DNA of 64,000 nt from a virus (IMGVR_UViG_3300047323_000678); one strand, 5' to 3'. Positions 40,048-50,574 are shown, numbered from the stretch's first letter. Numbers and translations: made by a program. Notes: generated by a model not told the origin, from the sequence alone.

Positions 40048-41148
40048 ATGGAATTTTTAGATAAATTAGAAGAATTATTATTGAGTCCTGAGTTTAATAT
40101 CAAATGTGATATTAGAGTTAATGAGTCTAATCAGAAAAGATTTAATATTACAACTCATAATATGAATGCAGATGATAGCTTGCGAATTGAAGGTATCAAA
40201 TCGATAATTTCTTATTTAAAAGATCCAATAAACTATAAAAATGAAAAATATGATTATTATTGTTTAAAATTTTTAAGTGAAATTGATGGAGAAAAAAAAT
40301 GGGAAAAAATATTAGAATTAAAACCAACAGAAGAGGAATTAATTCATTTATATCAATATGCCGCTTACAACTGTGAATCTAATCACATGCTTCAATTCAT
40401 AAGAGCTTTAAATACGAAAAGAAGTATAAAAAAAATCATACAATTAGGATATGATGGTCAACATCATAAAAAAAATTCATTTTCTCATGAATGTTTAAGA
40501 GAAATATTATATGAGTGGTCTTGGAAAAAAGAAAAAGTATTAGATGAAGATTATATGGAAGCAGTTGCAGGATATATAAAGAATTCTAAAAATTTATTTG
40601 AAACAAATAAAGAAATAATAGATCTATGTATTTTAATGATTAGAGATTCCAATAAATCTTTAAAATTTATTAAAGAAATACTAGGAGAAAATATTCCATT
40701 AAAGAATAAAACTGAAAAAACGGTTTTAAAAGTAGAAATACATCCATTTACTTTAATGCCTTATCATCGTATCCCCGCAAATGGCATTAATACATATCTT
40801 AAAAATTTTGAAAAACATGTATCTAAAAATTTAGATTTACTTATAGATATAACATCATTTACATATTACCAAAATAATTTTCCTGAGAATGATGGCTATT
40901 ATATGCACAATTTTATTATTGAAAGCAAATCTAAAAATTCAAGTGAGTTAATGGAAGCATTAAAGTCATATAGAGAATGTGTAGTTAAACATTGGGAAAT
41001 AAATAATGATGATGATGGAATAGAAGGTTTTTATAAATATTTAAGAGAAAATCCAATAATATTTAGAAATGCATTACTCAACATGAATTTACAAAAAACT
41101 TGTATAAAAAATGAAGAAAAAGAAAGGAAAAAACCTGTAAAAATTTAA
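40048..41148 (+). CDS. YLKDP-family paralogue 3
   Basis: 366 aa; same motifs. Confidence 0.8.
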   Translation: MEFLDKLEELLLSPEFNIKCDIRVNESNQKRFNITTHNMNADDSLRIEGIKSIISYLKDPINYKNEKYDYYCLKFLSEIDGEKKWEKILELKPTEEELIHLYQYAAYNCESNHMLQFIRALNTKRSIKKIIQLGYDGQHHKKNSFSHECLREILYEWSWKKEKVLDEDYMEAVAGYIKNSKNLFETNKEIIDLCILMIRDSNKSLKFIKEILGENIPLKNKTEKTVLKVEIHPFTLMPYHRIPANGINTYLKNFEKHVSKNLDLLIDITSFTYYQNNFPENDGYYMHNFIIESKSKNSSELMEALKSYRECVVKHWEINNDDDGIEGFYKYLRENPIIFRNALLNMNLQKTCIKNEEKERKKPVKI

Positions 41149-41166
41149 TTCTACAGGTTATCTTAA

Positions 41167-41985
41167 CTATCTTTTAAGGCGAACTCTAATCAGTTCTCTT
41201 TTAAAAAGTTCAGTTTCACGATTGATTTCAGACATAATTCTTGCTTCTTCTTCCTCTTTAGCTTTTTGTTCTAACATAGGTTTAACTTGTGTAATTAATA
41301 GAGATTCAGGAGAACTCCAACACTCAGCTTCTTGACATTTATAATCATCATATTCTTCAAAAACTTTTTCTAGTTCAGGAGTTAATGGTTGCTTTCTAAA
41401 GCAATAATCTACAACTTCTAGCATCTTTGGATATCTAAGGAAATAAGTATTGACTTCAATTGGAACAGGTGGATAGAATTGTTTTTTACCAAAATAATTC
41501 CAATTAGTTTCAACTTCTATATCTGGTTCAAAATATAAAAACTCTTTATCTTTATATTGCTCTAAACAATCAATACTCCAATAACAATCATGTCTAGGAT
41601 TTAAATATTTAAATGCATTATATTTCTTACCTTCGGAATCCTCATACTCATCAATTTTACGATAAAAGACCTTCTCTCCATTTTCTATGATGCAAAAATC
41701 TATATCATTGTGTACACGAATTTGACCAAAATAATTTTTATCTTTATCAAGATGATTAAATTGTTCTTGATAATATGTCCAATAATGACGAATATTTCCA
41801 TTAACCAAAGCAATAGGAACTACAATTCTACGAGTACCATCATACAAAACCCATTCTTCGTCAGGTTTTCCTTCACAATATTTATCATAAAGCTCCCAAA
41901 GTGATCCTTTTTCTAAAGAAATTTCTTCACCATCATCATTGAAAGTAAAAGAGTTAACAACAATATGTGTGTTGGTATAGTCCAA
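41167..41985 (-). CDS. hypothetical protein, paralogue of 42054..42914
   Basis: YPKMLEVVDYCFR shared; TTG start with GAGG. Confidence 0.8.
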   Translation of the reverse strand: MDYTNTHIVVNSFTFNDDGEEISLEKGSLWELYDKYCEGKPDEEWVLYDGTRRIVVPIALVNGNIRHYWTYYQEQFNHLDKDKNYFGQIRVHNDIDFCIIENGEKVFYRKIDEYEDSEGKKYNAFKYLNPRHDCYWSIDCLEQYKDKEFLYFEPDIEVETNWNYFGKKQFYPPVPIEVNTYFLRYPKMLEVVDYCFRKQPLTPELEKVFEEYDDYKCQEAECWSSPESLLITQVKPMLEQKAKEEEEARIMSEINRETELFKRELIRVRLKR

Positions 41986-42053
41986 GATTTGACCTCGTAA
42001 AGATTTAAATTTATTTTTAATTATATCGTTATCTTAATTGTAAAGCTATGAAA

Positions 42054-42914
42054 TTAAGGCTTTAAACGCTTTTTAATTAATTCTTGTCTGAACATTTCAG
42101 TTTCATAGTTAATTTCATCCATAATTTTATCTCTTTCAGATTGTTTAAATTGTTCTTTAATGATGGGTTTAACTTCAGTAATTGCTATATCTTTAGGATG
42201 TTGCCAGCAATCATCCATGTGGTCTTTATAACTTGTATAATCATCAAAAACTTTTTGAAGTTCAGAAGTTAATGGTTTATTTCTAAAACAATAATCTACT
42301 ACTTCTAGCATTTTGGGATATTGTATGAAATATTCTGGAACTTTGATTGGCTCCGAGGGAATAAAACATTTTTCTAAAGGTTCTTCTCCTAAATAACAAG
42401 GCAGTGTATATCCGTCATGCAATTGCTGAGTATCATCAAAATAAACGAATTCTTTATTTTCATAGTCGTCTATATTATCAATTTCCCAATAGCTATTAAA
42501 AGTTGATTTATTGGGATTTAAGGATTTAAAGGCATTGTACTTTTTACCTTCTGAATCAATATATTCATTTATTTTTTTATATTCCACTTCTTGACCATTT
42601 TCAATAATGGAAAAAGTGTGAGTTTCATCTGGCTCTACTTGTCCAAAATAAGTACCATTTGGATCTAAATGAGAAAATTTTTCTTGGTAAACAAGAAAGC
42701 TATTTTTAAAATGAGATTTCATTAATTCTACTGAAATATGTGCATTAATATTATTGGCACACATGATCCATGTTTCATTTGGAGTGTTTTTTTCTAAAAT
42801 GTAATTTTTTTCCCAAACAGAACCTTTTTCCAAAATAATTTCTGGATCGCCATTATATTCAGGAGGAACTTTAAAAGTAGAAAGGACAACATAAGTTTCA
42901 TAGATAGGATTCAT
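42054..42914 (-). CDS. hypothetical protein, paralogue of 41167..41985
   Basis: DSEGKKYNAFK, YPKMLEVVDYCFR. Confidence 0.8.
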   Translation of the reverse strand: MNPIYETYVVLSTFKVPPEYNGDPEIILEKGSVWEKNYILEKNTPNETWIMCANNINAHISVELMKSHFKNSFLVYQEKFSHLDPNGTYFGQVEPDETHTFSIIENGQEVEYKKINEYIDSEGKKYNAFKSLNPNKSTFNSYWEIDNIDDYENKEFVYFDDTQQLHDGYTLPCYLGEEPLEKCFIPSEPIKVPEYFIQYPKMLEVVDYCFRNKPLTSELQKVFDDYTSYKDHMDDCWQHPKDIAITEVKPIIKEQFKQSERDKIMDEINYETEMFRQELIKKRLKP

Positions 42915-43044
42915 AATTTTCCATAATTTTAATGATACCTAAATTATACAAGAAAAAATAAAAATTAAAATTATTTGTGATATAATTCTATATATTCAAA
43001 GACAAAAATAATTTTAAGTTAAAATAATCTCTAAAGGAAAAATT

Positions 43045-43518
43045 ATGGAACGCTTACTAGTTGCAATTGAAAATACTGATGGCTTCACTTTTTCCGTAAC
43101 ACAACATATTCCTGTCGTTTTTTCTTCAAAAGAAGAGTTTCTTATTACTCTTGAGGATAAGATCAAAGAAATTCAAAAAAATCTTAAAGAGCAGCAAAAG
43201 ATTTATGATGATGGTGGAGAAAAAATTGCAAAAATACACCAAAAAATTCAAAAACTTCAAAAAGAAAAAAAAGCTCATGATGAACTTTATGAAGATCTGC
43301 ATAAAATGATGCTAGAAAATGGGGCATTATATGCTGAAATGAATCAAATGCAAACTTTTACACTTGGTGGTCAAAGCTTTGCAATTTCTGATTTTATTTC
43401 CCGTGGTTATGAGCTTGATAATTCTGAAGAATATATCAATCTTCCCCAAGTATTCACTCTTAATGAATATTTTGAAGAAGTAGAGAAAAACTTGGTTTCT
43501 ACTAAACTAAAAATGTAA
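43045..43518 (+). CDS. coiled-coil hypothetical protein
   Basis: AAAGGA SD; K/E/Q-rich heptads. Confidence 0.75.
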   Translation: MERLLVAIENTDGFTFSVTQHIPVVFSSKEEFLITLEDKIKEIQKNLKEQQKIYDDGGEKIAKIHQKIQKLQKEKKAHDELYEDLHKMMLENGALYAEMNQMQTFTLGGQSFAISDFISRGYELDNSEEYINLPQVFTLNEYFEEVEKNLVSTKLKM

Positions 43519-43526
43519 GGAATAAT

Positions 43527-43880
43527 ATGAAAATTTTTTTTCCAGTAATAGGCTGTCATTTTCGCTTAAATGAGGATGCACACATAAGGCTTTTAACAGA
43601 TAAAAATAATGCTAAATTTTTAAATTATTTGAATTTACTTCCTGGTTGTCTTCCTGTAGCCGCATGGGAAAGAAATGGTAATATTCAAACTATTGATGTT
43701 ACTTTAGAAAAAGACTCTTTAATGACAATTGATAAAATTCATGGAAAAGGTTTAGAGGCAGAGGTTCATTTTTCTATTCATGTAGAAGGAATTGTAGCTG
43801 GCAAAAAAAGTAGATTTGCCGTACATAAATTTGCCATGTTGCTGAAAGATATTAACAATAAGTTTGATGTAAGTTATTAA
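43527..43880 (+). CDS. hypothetical protein (117 aa)
   Basis: AAGGA SD. Confidence 0.7.
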   Translation: MKIFFPVIGCHFRLNEDAHIRLLTDKNNAKFLNYLNLLPGCLPVAAWERNGNIQTIDVTLEKDSLMTIDKIHGKGLEAEVHFSIHVEGIVAGKKSRFAVHKFAMLLKDINNKFDVSY

Positions 43881-43892
43881 AAGGAATATTTC

Positions 43893-45161
43893 ATGAACAT
43901 TAATTATTGTGAGCTACTATCAAAAGCTAAAAATCCACTAGTGCTAGCTGTTGGTGGTGGTAATGATTCTGTTTCTACCTTACTAATTCAAAAGCAATTA
44001 CAAGCAACCTTTGGCTACTATCCTAATAAAATTAATATTGTTGCTATGCTTCCAGACTGTTTAGATTATGAAGATCTAACCTCTACTGGTCATGATTTAG
44101 TTGGAACTATTAATCATAATACTCAGCGTTATGTTCAAGGAAAACTAATGACAGCATTTCCTGAACGAATTCTTAGTATGAATAAAAACATTATTCCAAC
44201 CCTGCCAATTGAAAATGTGTATGGTCTTTCAATGAAAAAAGGTTCAATTGGTATTGCTCAAGCATTGGAGTATCTGATTGAAACACAAGATTTTGATCTA
44301 ATTCTAGCAATGGATGTCGGTGGAGATTTTATTGCTGTCCCAGAAAATATTGAAGTTCTTTCACCAATGATGGATGCTTACATGATGTATGCACTTAAGT
44401 TATTACAAGAAAATAATGAGAAATTCCAGCAAATTCCAATTATTTATGGTGTTTTTGGTCTAGGAACTGATGGAGAAACAACTCCCGATCTTTTACGAAA
44501 AGCATTGAAAACAGTTGATGCTTATGAAGGAACCTTTAAAGAGTCAGAAGTAATTGATGTAATTAATTTTTATCGTGAAACTGTAGAGCCTAATCGTTAT
44601 TCCCGAACTACTGATTTCACCATGAAAGAAATTCAAGGAATTAACCATGATAATCCTGCAAAGTTCCGTGGACGATTTCATGTAAAAACTAAAAGCGGAG
44701 AAAAAAGCACAGTTAATTATGGATTATTTGATCATTATCAAGATCCATATTTCTTTGCTAAATATTATCTTTTTTCTGATGTATCAAAAGTTCATAATCC
44801 ATTTGCAATTGCTTGTTCTAATGGTGTTGAATGGTTTATTAAGATTCAAAGCCAAACAAAAAAAATTAATCATGAACTAAATGGTCAAGCTTATGATTTA
44901 GGTCAACTAATTTATGACATACAAAAAGATACTTATCTTTTCTTTGGAACACCATCAAGAAAATTTAATGAAATGCAGCAAAAAGAGATTGCTGAACAAA
45001 TTAGACTAAGTATTGAAAATAATGTTTATCAATTAGCATTAGTTTATAGTGAAAAACTACCATTATTCTCAAATTTAGTAGCTAAAAAGATTAATGATGA
45101 ACTAGTTTTAGTCGGAAAAAATGCTGAATTAATTGAAAAAGTAATAAAGTTTATTATGTAA
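43893..45161 (+). CDS. DUF1152-like protein
   Basis: AVGGGND, MDVGGD, LSPMMD, GLGTDGE motifs. Confidence 0.6.
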   Translation: MNINYCELLSKAKNPLVLAVGGGNDSVSTLLIQKQLQATFGYYPNKINIVAMLPDCLDYEDLTSTGHDLVGTINHNTQRYVQGKLMTAFPERILSMNKNIIPTLPIENVYGLSMKKGSIGIAQALEYLIETQDFDLILAMDVGGDFIAVPENIEVLSPMMDAYMMYALKLLQENNEKFQQIPIIYGVFGLGTDGETTPDLLRKALKTVDAYEGTFKESEVIDVINFYRETVEPNRYSRTTDFTMKEIQGINHDNPAKFRGRFHVKTKSGEKSTVNYGLFDHYQDPYFFAKYYLFSDVSKVHNPFAIACSNGVEWFIKIQSQTKKINHELNGQAYDLGQLIYDIQKDTYLFFGTPSRKFNEMQQKEIAEQIRLSIENNVYQLALVYSEKLPLFSNLVAKKINDELVLVGKNAELIEKVIKFIM

Positions 45162-45162
45162 T

Positions 45163-45191
45163 AAAAAGAACCCGCATGATGCGGGTTTTTT
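45163..45191. terminator. intrinsic terminator
   Basis: aacccgcatgatgcgggtttttt. Confidence 0.85.
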
Positions 45192-45241
45192 ATTGCCTTT
45201 ATTTTCTTATTTAATATAATTAAAAAAATAATATAATAAAA

Positions 45242-45958
45242 ATGGAATATACATATCAAGAACTCAATGAATTTACTCCAAAAGAACTTAATGAAGAGTT
45301 AAATGGTGCGGCCTTTGAAAATGATTTTAAATATATAAAAATTCTTCTAACATCACCTAAGCTAAAACTACATGCACAAATTAATTTTGATTCTCGTACT
45401 TTAGGATTTATTTGCTCAAATAAAGATTTAAAAACTCTTAAATATGTTCTAACTTCACCTGAATTAAAAGAGTATGCTGATATACATTTAGATGATGAAA
45501 GAGCATTATGCTGCGCTATTTATGTTGGAGACATTCCAATGATTAAATATTTATTAACATCTCCTGAACTAAAAGAGCATAGTAATCTTTATCATAAAGA
45601 TGGAAACAATGATGATATCTGTTTTCAATGGATATTTAAAGTTCCAGCATTTGAAACATCAGCAAAAATAGTTGATTACTTAACATTAGAATATGCTAAA
45701 GAAAAAAAAGATACTCAAATTTTTCTTAAATTAACAGAATATGCAGATGATATAGATATTGAAGAACAAATTACAAATAACTTATTTGCACTTATTATCA
45801 AAGAAAAAGATGAATCATATCAATTGGAATTAAAAAAAGTTTTAAAAGAGTTGGATATAGAAAAATATAATAAGCTTAAACCATACATATTAAGTAAAGA
45901 ATTAACTGAAGAATTACCAAATAATGAAAACCGTAAATCTATAAAAGTAAAAATTTAA
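45242..45958 (+). CDS. ankyrin-like repeat protein (LLTSPELKEH repeats)
   Basis: Three ~38-aa repeats; tail KVKI. Confidence 0.7.
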   Translation: MEYTYQELNEFTPKELNEELNGAAFENDFKYIKILLTSPKLKLHAQINFDSRTLGFICSNKDLKTLKYVLTSPELKEYADIHLDDERALCCAIYVGDIPMIKYLLTSPELKEHSNLYHKDGNNDDICFQWIFKVPAFETSAKIVDYLTLEYAKEKKDTQIFLKLTEYADDIDIEEQITNNLFALIIKEKDESYQLELKKVLKELDIEKYNKLKPYILSKELTEELPNNENRKSIKVKI

Positions 45959-46019
45959 TTGGTATAAAATTGTCTTTAATAATATATTTTATATAATAAA
46001 GAAAACAATATAATTAAAA

Positions 46020-47384
46020 ATGAGATATACATATCAAGAACTCAATGAATTTACTCAAGAAGAAATTAATAAAGAATTTCATAGTGCAGCTTATAAAAAT
46101 GATTTTGAATATATAAAAATTCTTCTTACTTCATCTGATCTAAAATTACATGCGCAAATTAATGCTGATTCTCGCCCTTTAGCATTTATTTGCTCAAATG
46201 GCGATTTAAATACATTGAGATATGTTTTAACTTCATCAGAATTAAAAGAGCATGCAAATATTCATTTGGATCATGATAGAGCATTAGGTTGTGCAATTTA
46301 TGCTGGAGATATTCCAATGGTTAAATATCTTCTAACCTCGCCAGAACTAAAAGGTCATAGTGATATTTATTGCAAACATAATGAAGATTACATAAATATT
46401 GAATATATATTTAAAATGAGTGAGTTTGCAAAATCAGAGAAATTAATTAATTATTTCACATTAGATTATGCCGTTGAAAAAAAGGATCTGAAAATATATG
46501 AAGAATTATTTAAACATGCAGATGATGATGATTTTAAAACACAAATTACAAATAATCTTTTTTCCAATATTCTAAAAGAAAAAGATCCGAAGCATAAATA
46601 TGATTTGACAATTTTATTACTAGAAATAGATGTTACTAAATATAAGGAACTTAATTCATATTATGTACATAAAGAATCATATTCAAATGAGTTAAAAAAT
46701 ATAAAGAATGAAGAATTAAATTTATTATCACAAAATGATTTAAATAATTTATTAGTTCAAGCTGTATTTAAAAATGATTTATCAACAATAAAGTATCTTT
46801 TAAGTTCACCTCATTTGGAAAAACATGCCCAAATTAATCATAATCGGAATATTCTTGCTTGTATTTGTGCAAATGGCGACTTGGAAACTCTTAAATATGT
46901 TTTAACTTCACCAGATTTAAAAGAACATGCTAATATTCAAATAAAGGATGGAAAAGCTTTAACCACTGCTATGAAGGCTGGTAATATCCCATTAGTTAAA
47001 TATCTTTTAACTTCTCCAGAACTGAAAAAGCATAGTAATATTTATCCATATATTGATACTATTTTTAAAGTAGAATTTGATATGTCGTTAAAATTGATAG
47101 ATTATTTTACATCTGATTATGCTTGTGAAAAAAAAGATTCTAACATTTTTAAGGCATTAATCCAGTGTATAGATGATAAAACTCTTGAAGATCATATAAC
47201 CAATAATTTGTATTCTATTATTTTAAAAGAAAAAGATGAGGATTATAAATTAAAATTAAAAAGTTCTTTGAAAAGCATAGATACAACTAAATATAAAATG
47301 CTTATAGCATATGAATTGAATGAAGAATTAAGTAAAGAATTGCAAAATAACGAAAACAAAAAATCTAACAAAATAAAAATTTAA
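46020..47384 (+). CDS. ankyrin-like repeat protein, two tandem copies of the 45242 module
   Basis: Six LLTSP(E/D)L-type repeats; tail KIKI; promoter TTGTCT-16-TATAAT at 45970-97. Confidence 0.75.
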   Translation: MRYTYQELNEFTQEEINKEFHSAAYKNDFEYIKILLTSSDLKLHAQINADSRPLAFICSNGDLNTLRYVLTSSELKEHANIHLDHDRALGCAIYAGDIPMVKYLLTSPELKGHSDIYCKHNEDYINIEYIFKMSEFAKSEKLINYFTLDYAVEKKDLKIYEELFKHADDDDFKTQITNNLFSNILKEKDPKHKYDLTILLLEIDVTKYKELNSYYVHKESYSNELKNIKNEELNLLSQNDLNNLLVQAVFKNDLSTIKYLLSSPHLEKHAQINHNRNILACICANGDLETLKYVLTSPDLKEHANIQIKDGKALTTAMKAGNIPLVKYLLTSPELKKHSNIYPYIDTIFKVEFDMSLKLIDYFTSDYACEKKDSNIFKALIQCIDDKTLEDHITNNLYSIILKEKDEDYKLKLKSSLKSIDTTKYKMLIAYELNEELSKELQNNENKKSNKIKI

Positions 47385-47412
47385 CTTATATCAATCAAAA
47401 AAAATAAATATT

Positions 47413-47790
47413 ATGATAAAAACACTATTTATTTGCAGTATGAATAAACTAAGAAGTCCCACTGGAGAATATGTTGCTCAACAATTAGGTTGTGAAGCTG
47501 ATTCAGCAGGACTATCACCAGATGCAAATATGGTGTTGGAACCAGACCAAGTAAAATGGGCCGATGTCATTTTTGTAATGGAATCAAACCATAAGAAAAA
47601 GCTGAATAAAAAATATTCTAAATATTTGTCAAATAAAAGAATAGTTATATTAGGTATTCCAGATAATTATGAATATATGCAACCAGAATTAATTGATATT
47701 TTCTTTAAAAAAATACCTGAATTTTTAGACTTGCCTAAAAGCCTAGTTGAAGAAAAGAAATCAAAAATATCTAGAAAAAATAGATTTTAA
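47413..47790 (+). CDS. low-molecular-weight protein tyrosine phosphatase family
   Basis: LFICSMNKLRS (CX5R), DSAG, WADVIFVME. Confidence 0.85.
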   Translation: MIKTLFICSMNKLRSPTGEYVAQQLGCEADSAGLSPDANMVLEPDQVKWADVIFVMESNHKKKLNKKYSKYLSNKRIVILGIPDNYEYMQPELIDIFFKKIPEFLDLPKSLVEEKKSKISRKNRF

Positions 47791-47866
47791 TTCCACTAAA
47801 ATCAGTTGTACAATTATTTTAATTCGGTTAAAATAGCTATATCTTAAATCATTAGGGAGCAACAAA

Positions 47867-48259
47867 ATGAAATATCAGGTTAAGTATAAATGCGGTATGA
47901 CTGAAGAAGAAATCGCTAATACTGTTGCAGAACTGAATCAGGGCGAAAATGAAGTTGAATTTGAATATCGTCGTATTTGGACTGCTGCCGATGTTGCTTC
48001 CGATAATGATGCAGAATTTTGGGCTAAAGACCGTGCTGATTTGGATAAACAATTGGCAGAAATGCAGGTTGCTCAAGAACTGATTACAGAAGTAAATGTT
48101 CTTGTAGATGACAGCAAGGAAGCCGTTTCTGATGTAACTCTTTTAGAAATCGCTGACACTGAGCCAACTCCATGCAATTATGATTGGACTGCTGAGAATG
48201 TTGTTAGTTTTGCTCGTAAGGTTATTGAGAAGTATGTTGAATCTCAAAAAAATAAATAA
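47867..48259 (+). CDS. acidic hypothetical protein (130 aa)
   Basis: GGGAG SD; codon usage distinct (cgt, gct). Confidence 0.75.
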   Translation: MKYQVKYKCGMTEEEIANTVAELNQGENEVEFEYRRIWTAADVASDNDAEFWAKDRADLDKQLAEMQVAQELITEVNVLVDDSKEAVSDVTLLEIADTEPTPCNYDWTAENVVSFARKVIEKYVESQKNK

Positions 48260-48270
48260 TAAGGAATTTT

Positions 48271-48525
48271 ATGAAAAAAATTGTAATTATTTTTGCTCTA
48301 TTGGCACTTTCTGGTTGTACCAATAAATATTCGGAAGCCAATTTTCCAGTGCGTCCACCAGAACTATCTGACTGTAAGTTCTTTAAAATGTCAAATTCTA
48401 GTGGGGAAAAAATTACTGTTGTTCGTTGCCCTAATAGCACCACATCAACTACTGAAAGGGTTGGTAAGCAAGACCAAACTACAGTTGTTACCGATGGTGG
48501 AGTCGAACCTTTAAAACAACAATAA
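48271..48525 (+). CDS. small lipoprotein
   Basis: MKKIVIIFALLALSG|C lipobox. Confidence 0.8.
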   Translation: MKKIVIIFALLALSGCTNKYSEANFPVRPPELSDCKFFKMSNSSGEKITVVRCPNSTTSTTERVGKQDQTTVVTDGGVEPLKQQ

Positions 48526-48536
48526 AAAATTAATTT

Positions 48537-48566
48537 AAAAAAAGCAGATCATGTGGTCTGCTTTTT
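48537..48566. terminator. terminator AAAAGCAGATC..TGGTCTGCTTTTT copy 1
   Basis: Hairpin with A and T tracts. Confidence 0.8.
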
Positions 48567-48603
48567 GCTTTATAAAAATAAATTTTATTAAATAGGGAAT
48601 AAT

Positions 48604-49572
48604 ATGGCTAAGAGAACACATTTCATACCAAATGACTTTGAAACATTTTTTAATGATCCTGATTGGGAAAAAACACTTAAAAATAAAGTAGACTATATGA
48701 ATACTTATAGATTTAAAGATAGATCTATCCATAGAGATATGGATTGCACTTTTTTAAGTGGTTTAGTATCTTATAATCTTCTAGGTGGTAAAGAACATTT
48801 TGATCATATTTTTAATGTTTTAGATAGTAAAAATTATAAATATTCAGATAAAGATCTTATTCTTCCAACTACTTTAGGCGCTCATCTTTCTTCAGCACAA
48901 GCCGATGGCATAATTCATCTATTTAAATTATATGAAATTAAAGGAATTAAATTAACAAAAACAGAAAACAGAAAAGCGATTAATTTCTACTTTTGTCACT
49001 TAGAAAACCAAAAACTTGATAAATATAAGTTAGAAAGTGGTCTAGTCGGTGATAAAGAGTTAATGAAAATAAACTTTAATCATATATGTGTAATTAATGA
49101 CTTTAATGAATATAATGATTTAGATGTTTTTTCATTTGTAAGTAAATCTGAGAAGGCTGAAGAAAAGAAAAGATGTTTGGAATCAATGAGTTTTCTTAAA
49201 GAAATCATGAACTCATCTTCTACTAGTAAAAAAGTATTAGAAAAAATGCTAAAAGATATACCAACGAATAAAAAGTTAGTTTCTAAATTCATTAATAAAA
49301 ATAAATTAGAAATTAGTATTTTTAACGAATTAGAGTATTTCCAGGCTTTAAAACTAAAACCTAAAGAAATTTTTTCAAATGAATTCGTAGAAATCATTGA
49401 ACTATTAGAGAAAAAATTAGGTGTAGAATATATAGACAGAACTGGAAAAAGTCCCAAAAAAATATTTGATGAGACTTCAAAAGAAAGTGAATATGGCTTC
49501 AATAACAACCTAAGTATTCATTACAAAGATGGAAGTTCTGTTGAATTAAACGGGAAAAGAAAATTTAAATAA
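48604..49572 (+). CDS. hypothetical protein (322 aa)
   Basis: AGGGA SD. Confidence 0.75.
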   Translation: MAKRTHFIPNDFETFFNDPDWEKTLKNKVDYMNTYRFKDRSIHRDMDCTFLSGLVSYNLLGGKEHFDHIFNVLDSKNYKYSDKDLILPTTLGAHLSSAQADGIIHLFKLYEIKGIKLTKTENRKAINFYFCHLENQKLDKYKLESGLVGDKELMKINFNHICVINDFNEYNDLDVFSFVSKSEKAEEKKRCLESMSFLKEIMNSSSTSKKVLEKMLKDIPTNKKLVSKFINKNKLEISIFNELEYFQALKLKPKEIFSNEFVEIIELLEKKLGVEYIDRTGKSPKKIFDETSKESEYGFNNNLSIHYKDGSSVELNGKRKFK

Positions 49573-49590
49573 TTGGAATTCATAAATCAC

Positions 49591-49620
49591 AAAAGCAGAT
49601 CTCAATGGTCTGCTTTTTTT
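49591..49620. terminator. terminator AAAAGCAGATC..TGGTCTGCTTTTT copy 2
   Basis: Near-identical to 48537-48566. Confidence 0.8.
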
Positions 49621-49693
49621 ATTTGTATTAAAAAATTTGGATGAGATTGGATATTATACAGTTAATGGCTTTGCTGTGATTTACGCGGAAATA

Positions 49694-50484
49694 CTTTAAA
49701 GAACTCTTTGAGGTACTTTTGGGTGAAATTTATAGAAAATATCCATGCTGTTTTTTCCAGTGTAAGAAACAGCAAACAGAAACTCACATCTTAGTTTTAG
49801 GTACAACGGGTGCCACTTAACCTTTAAAGAGATTTTTGAAGGTTAATCTTGGGAAAGTAGATTTTCCTGACATGATAATGAATAGAATGGTGAACTTAAA
49901 TGTTATATATCCATGCTGCTCGCAAAACCTTAAAGAGTTCTTTGAAGGTAATCCCAGTCTCAAGGACGACCAATATTTAAAAAATCAAATGCTTGGAAAA
50001 TTTCGATTTATTTTTAAAGAACTCTTTGAAGTTATTTTAGTGAAATGTATTAAATATATCCATGTTGTTTTACTAGTGTAAAGAACAATAAAACCAGTAA
50101 ATTAGCTTTAAAGTGTTCTTCAACAATAGAGTTCACACATTAATTTTAGGAACAACTAGAACCACTTTACCTTTAAAGAACTTTTTGAACCTTTTTACTT
50201 GGAGAAGTTGATTTTCAAGATGTAATAAAAAACAGAGATGATTTGCTGAAAAATTTTAGATTAGGCATATGGATTTGAGATGAGTATGGCTAAGATGAGT
50301 ATGGCTATTATGCAGTCAAACCATCAAAGAACTCTTTAAAGCAGGATTGTAAGGTATCCATGCTGCTCACATACCATTAAAGAGTTCTTTGAGGATTCTT
50401 CCTGGATTAAGGACGACCAAGAATCTAAAATTAAAAATCGAATGTTTGGAAAAATTCGAGATATCCTTAAAGAACTCTTTGAAG
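49694..50484. repeat. cluster 2 of nine palindromes, core AAAGA-NN-TCTTT, inside degenerate longer repeats
   Basis: Cores start at 49698, 49826, 49932, 50016, 50110, 50175, 50326, 50379 and 50469; ATCCATG(C/T)TG at 49741, 49909, 50058 and 50356. Confidence 0.85.
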
Positions 50485-50536
50485 ATAAGAAATAGATTTT
50501 CAAGTTGCTATAGGGAACAGATATGCACAGTAAAAA

Positions 50537-50565
50537 TTGACAATACTTTTAAAAAGCCTCATAAT
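50537..50565 (+). promoter_or_regulatory. sigma70 promoter for leader-cysS
   Basis: TTGACA(50537-42)-17-CATAAT(50560-65). Confidence 0.7.
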
Positions 50566-50574
50566 ATATTTATT

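Noticed and set aside
30674..50484. Palindrome clusters as CRISPR arrays
   Set aside because: Spacing is irregular (53-482 bp), repeats vary in orientation and flanks, spacers are partly homologous to each other, and no cas gene is visible.
49836..50574. ORFs 49836..50081 and the 5' part of 50389..50619
   Set aside because: They run through the palindrome cluster (KEFFE/KELFE comes from the palindrome) and across the cysS promoter; only the last 14 codons of the second are supported, as the leader peptide.
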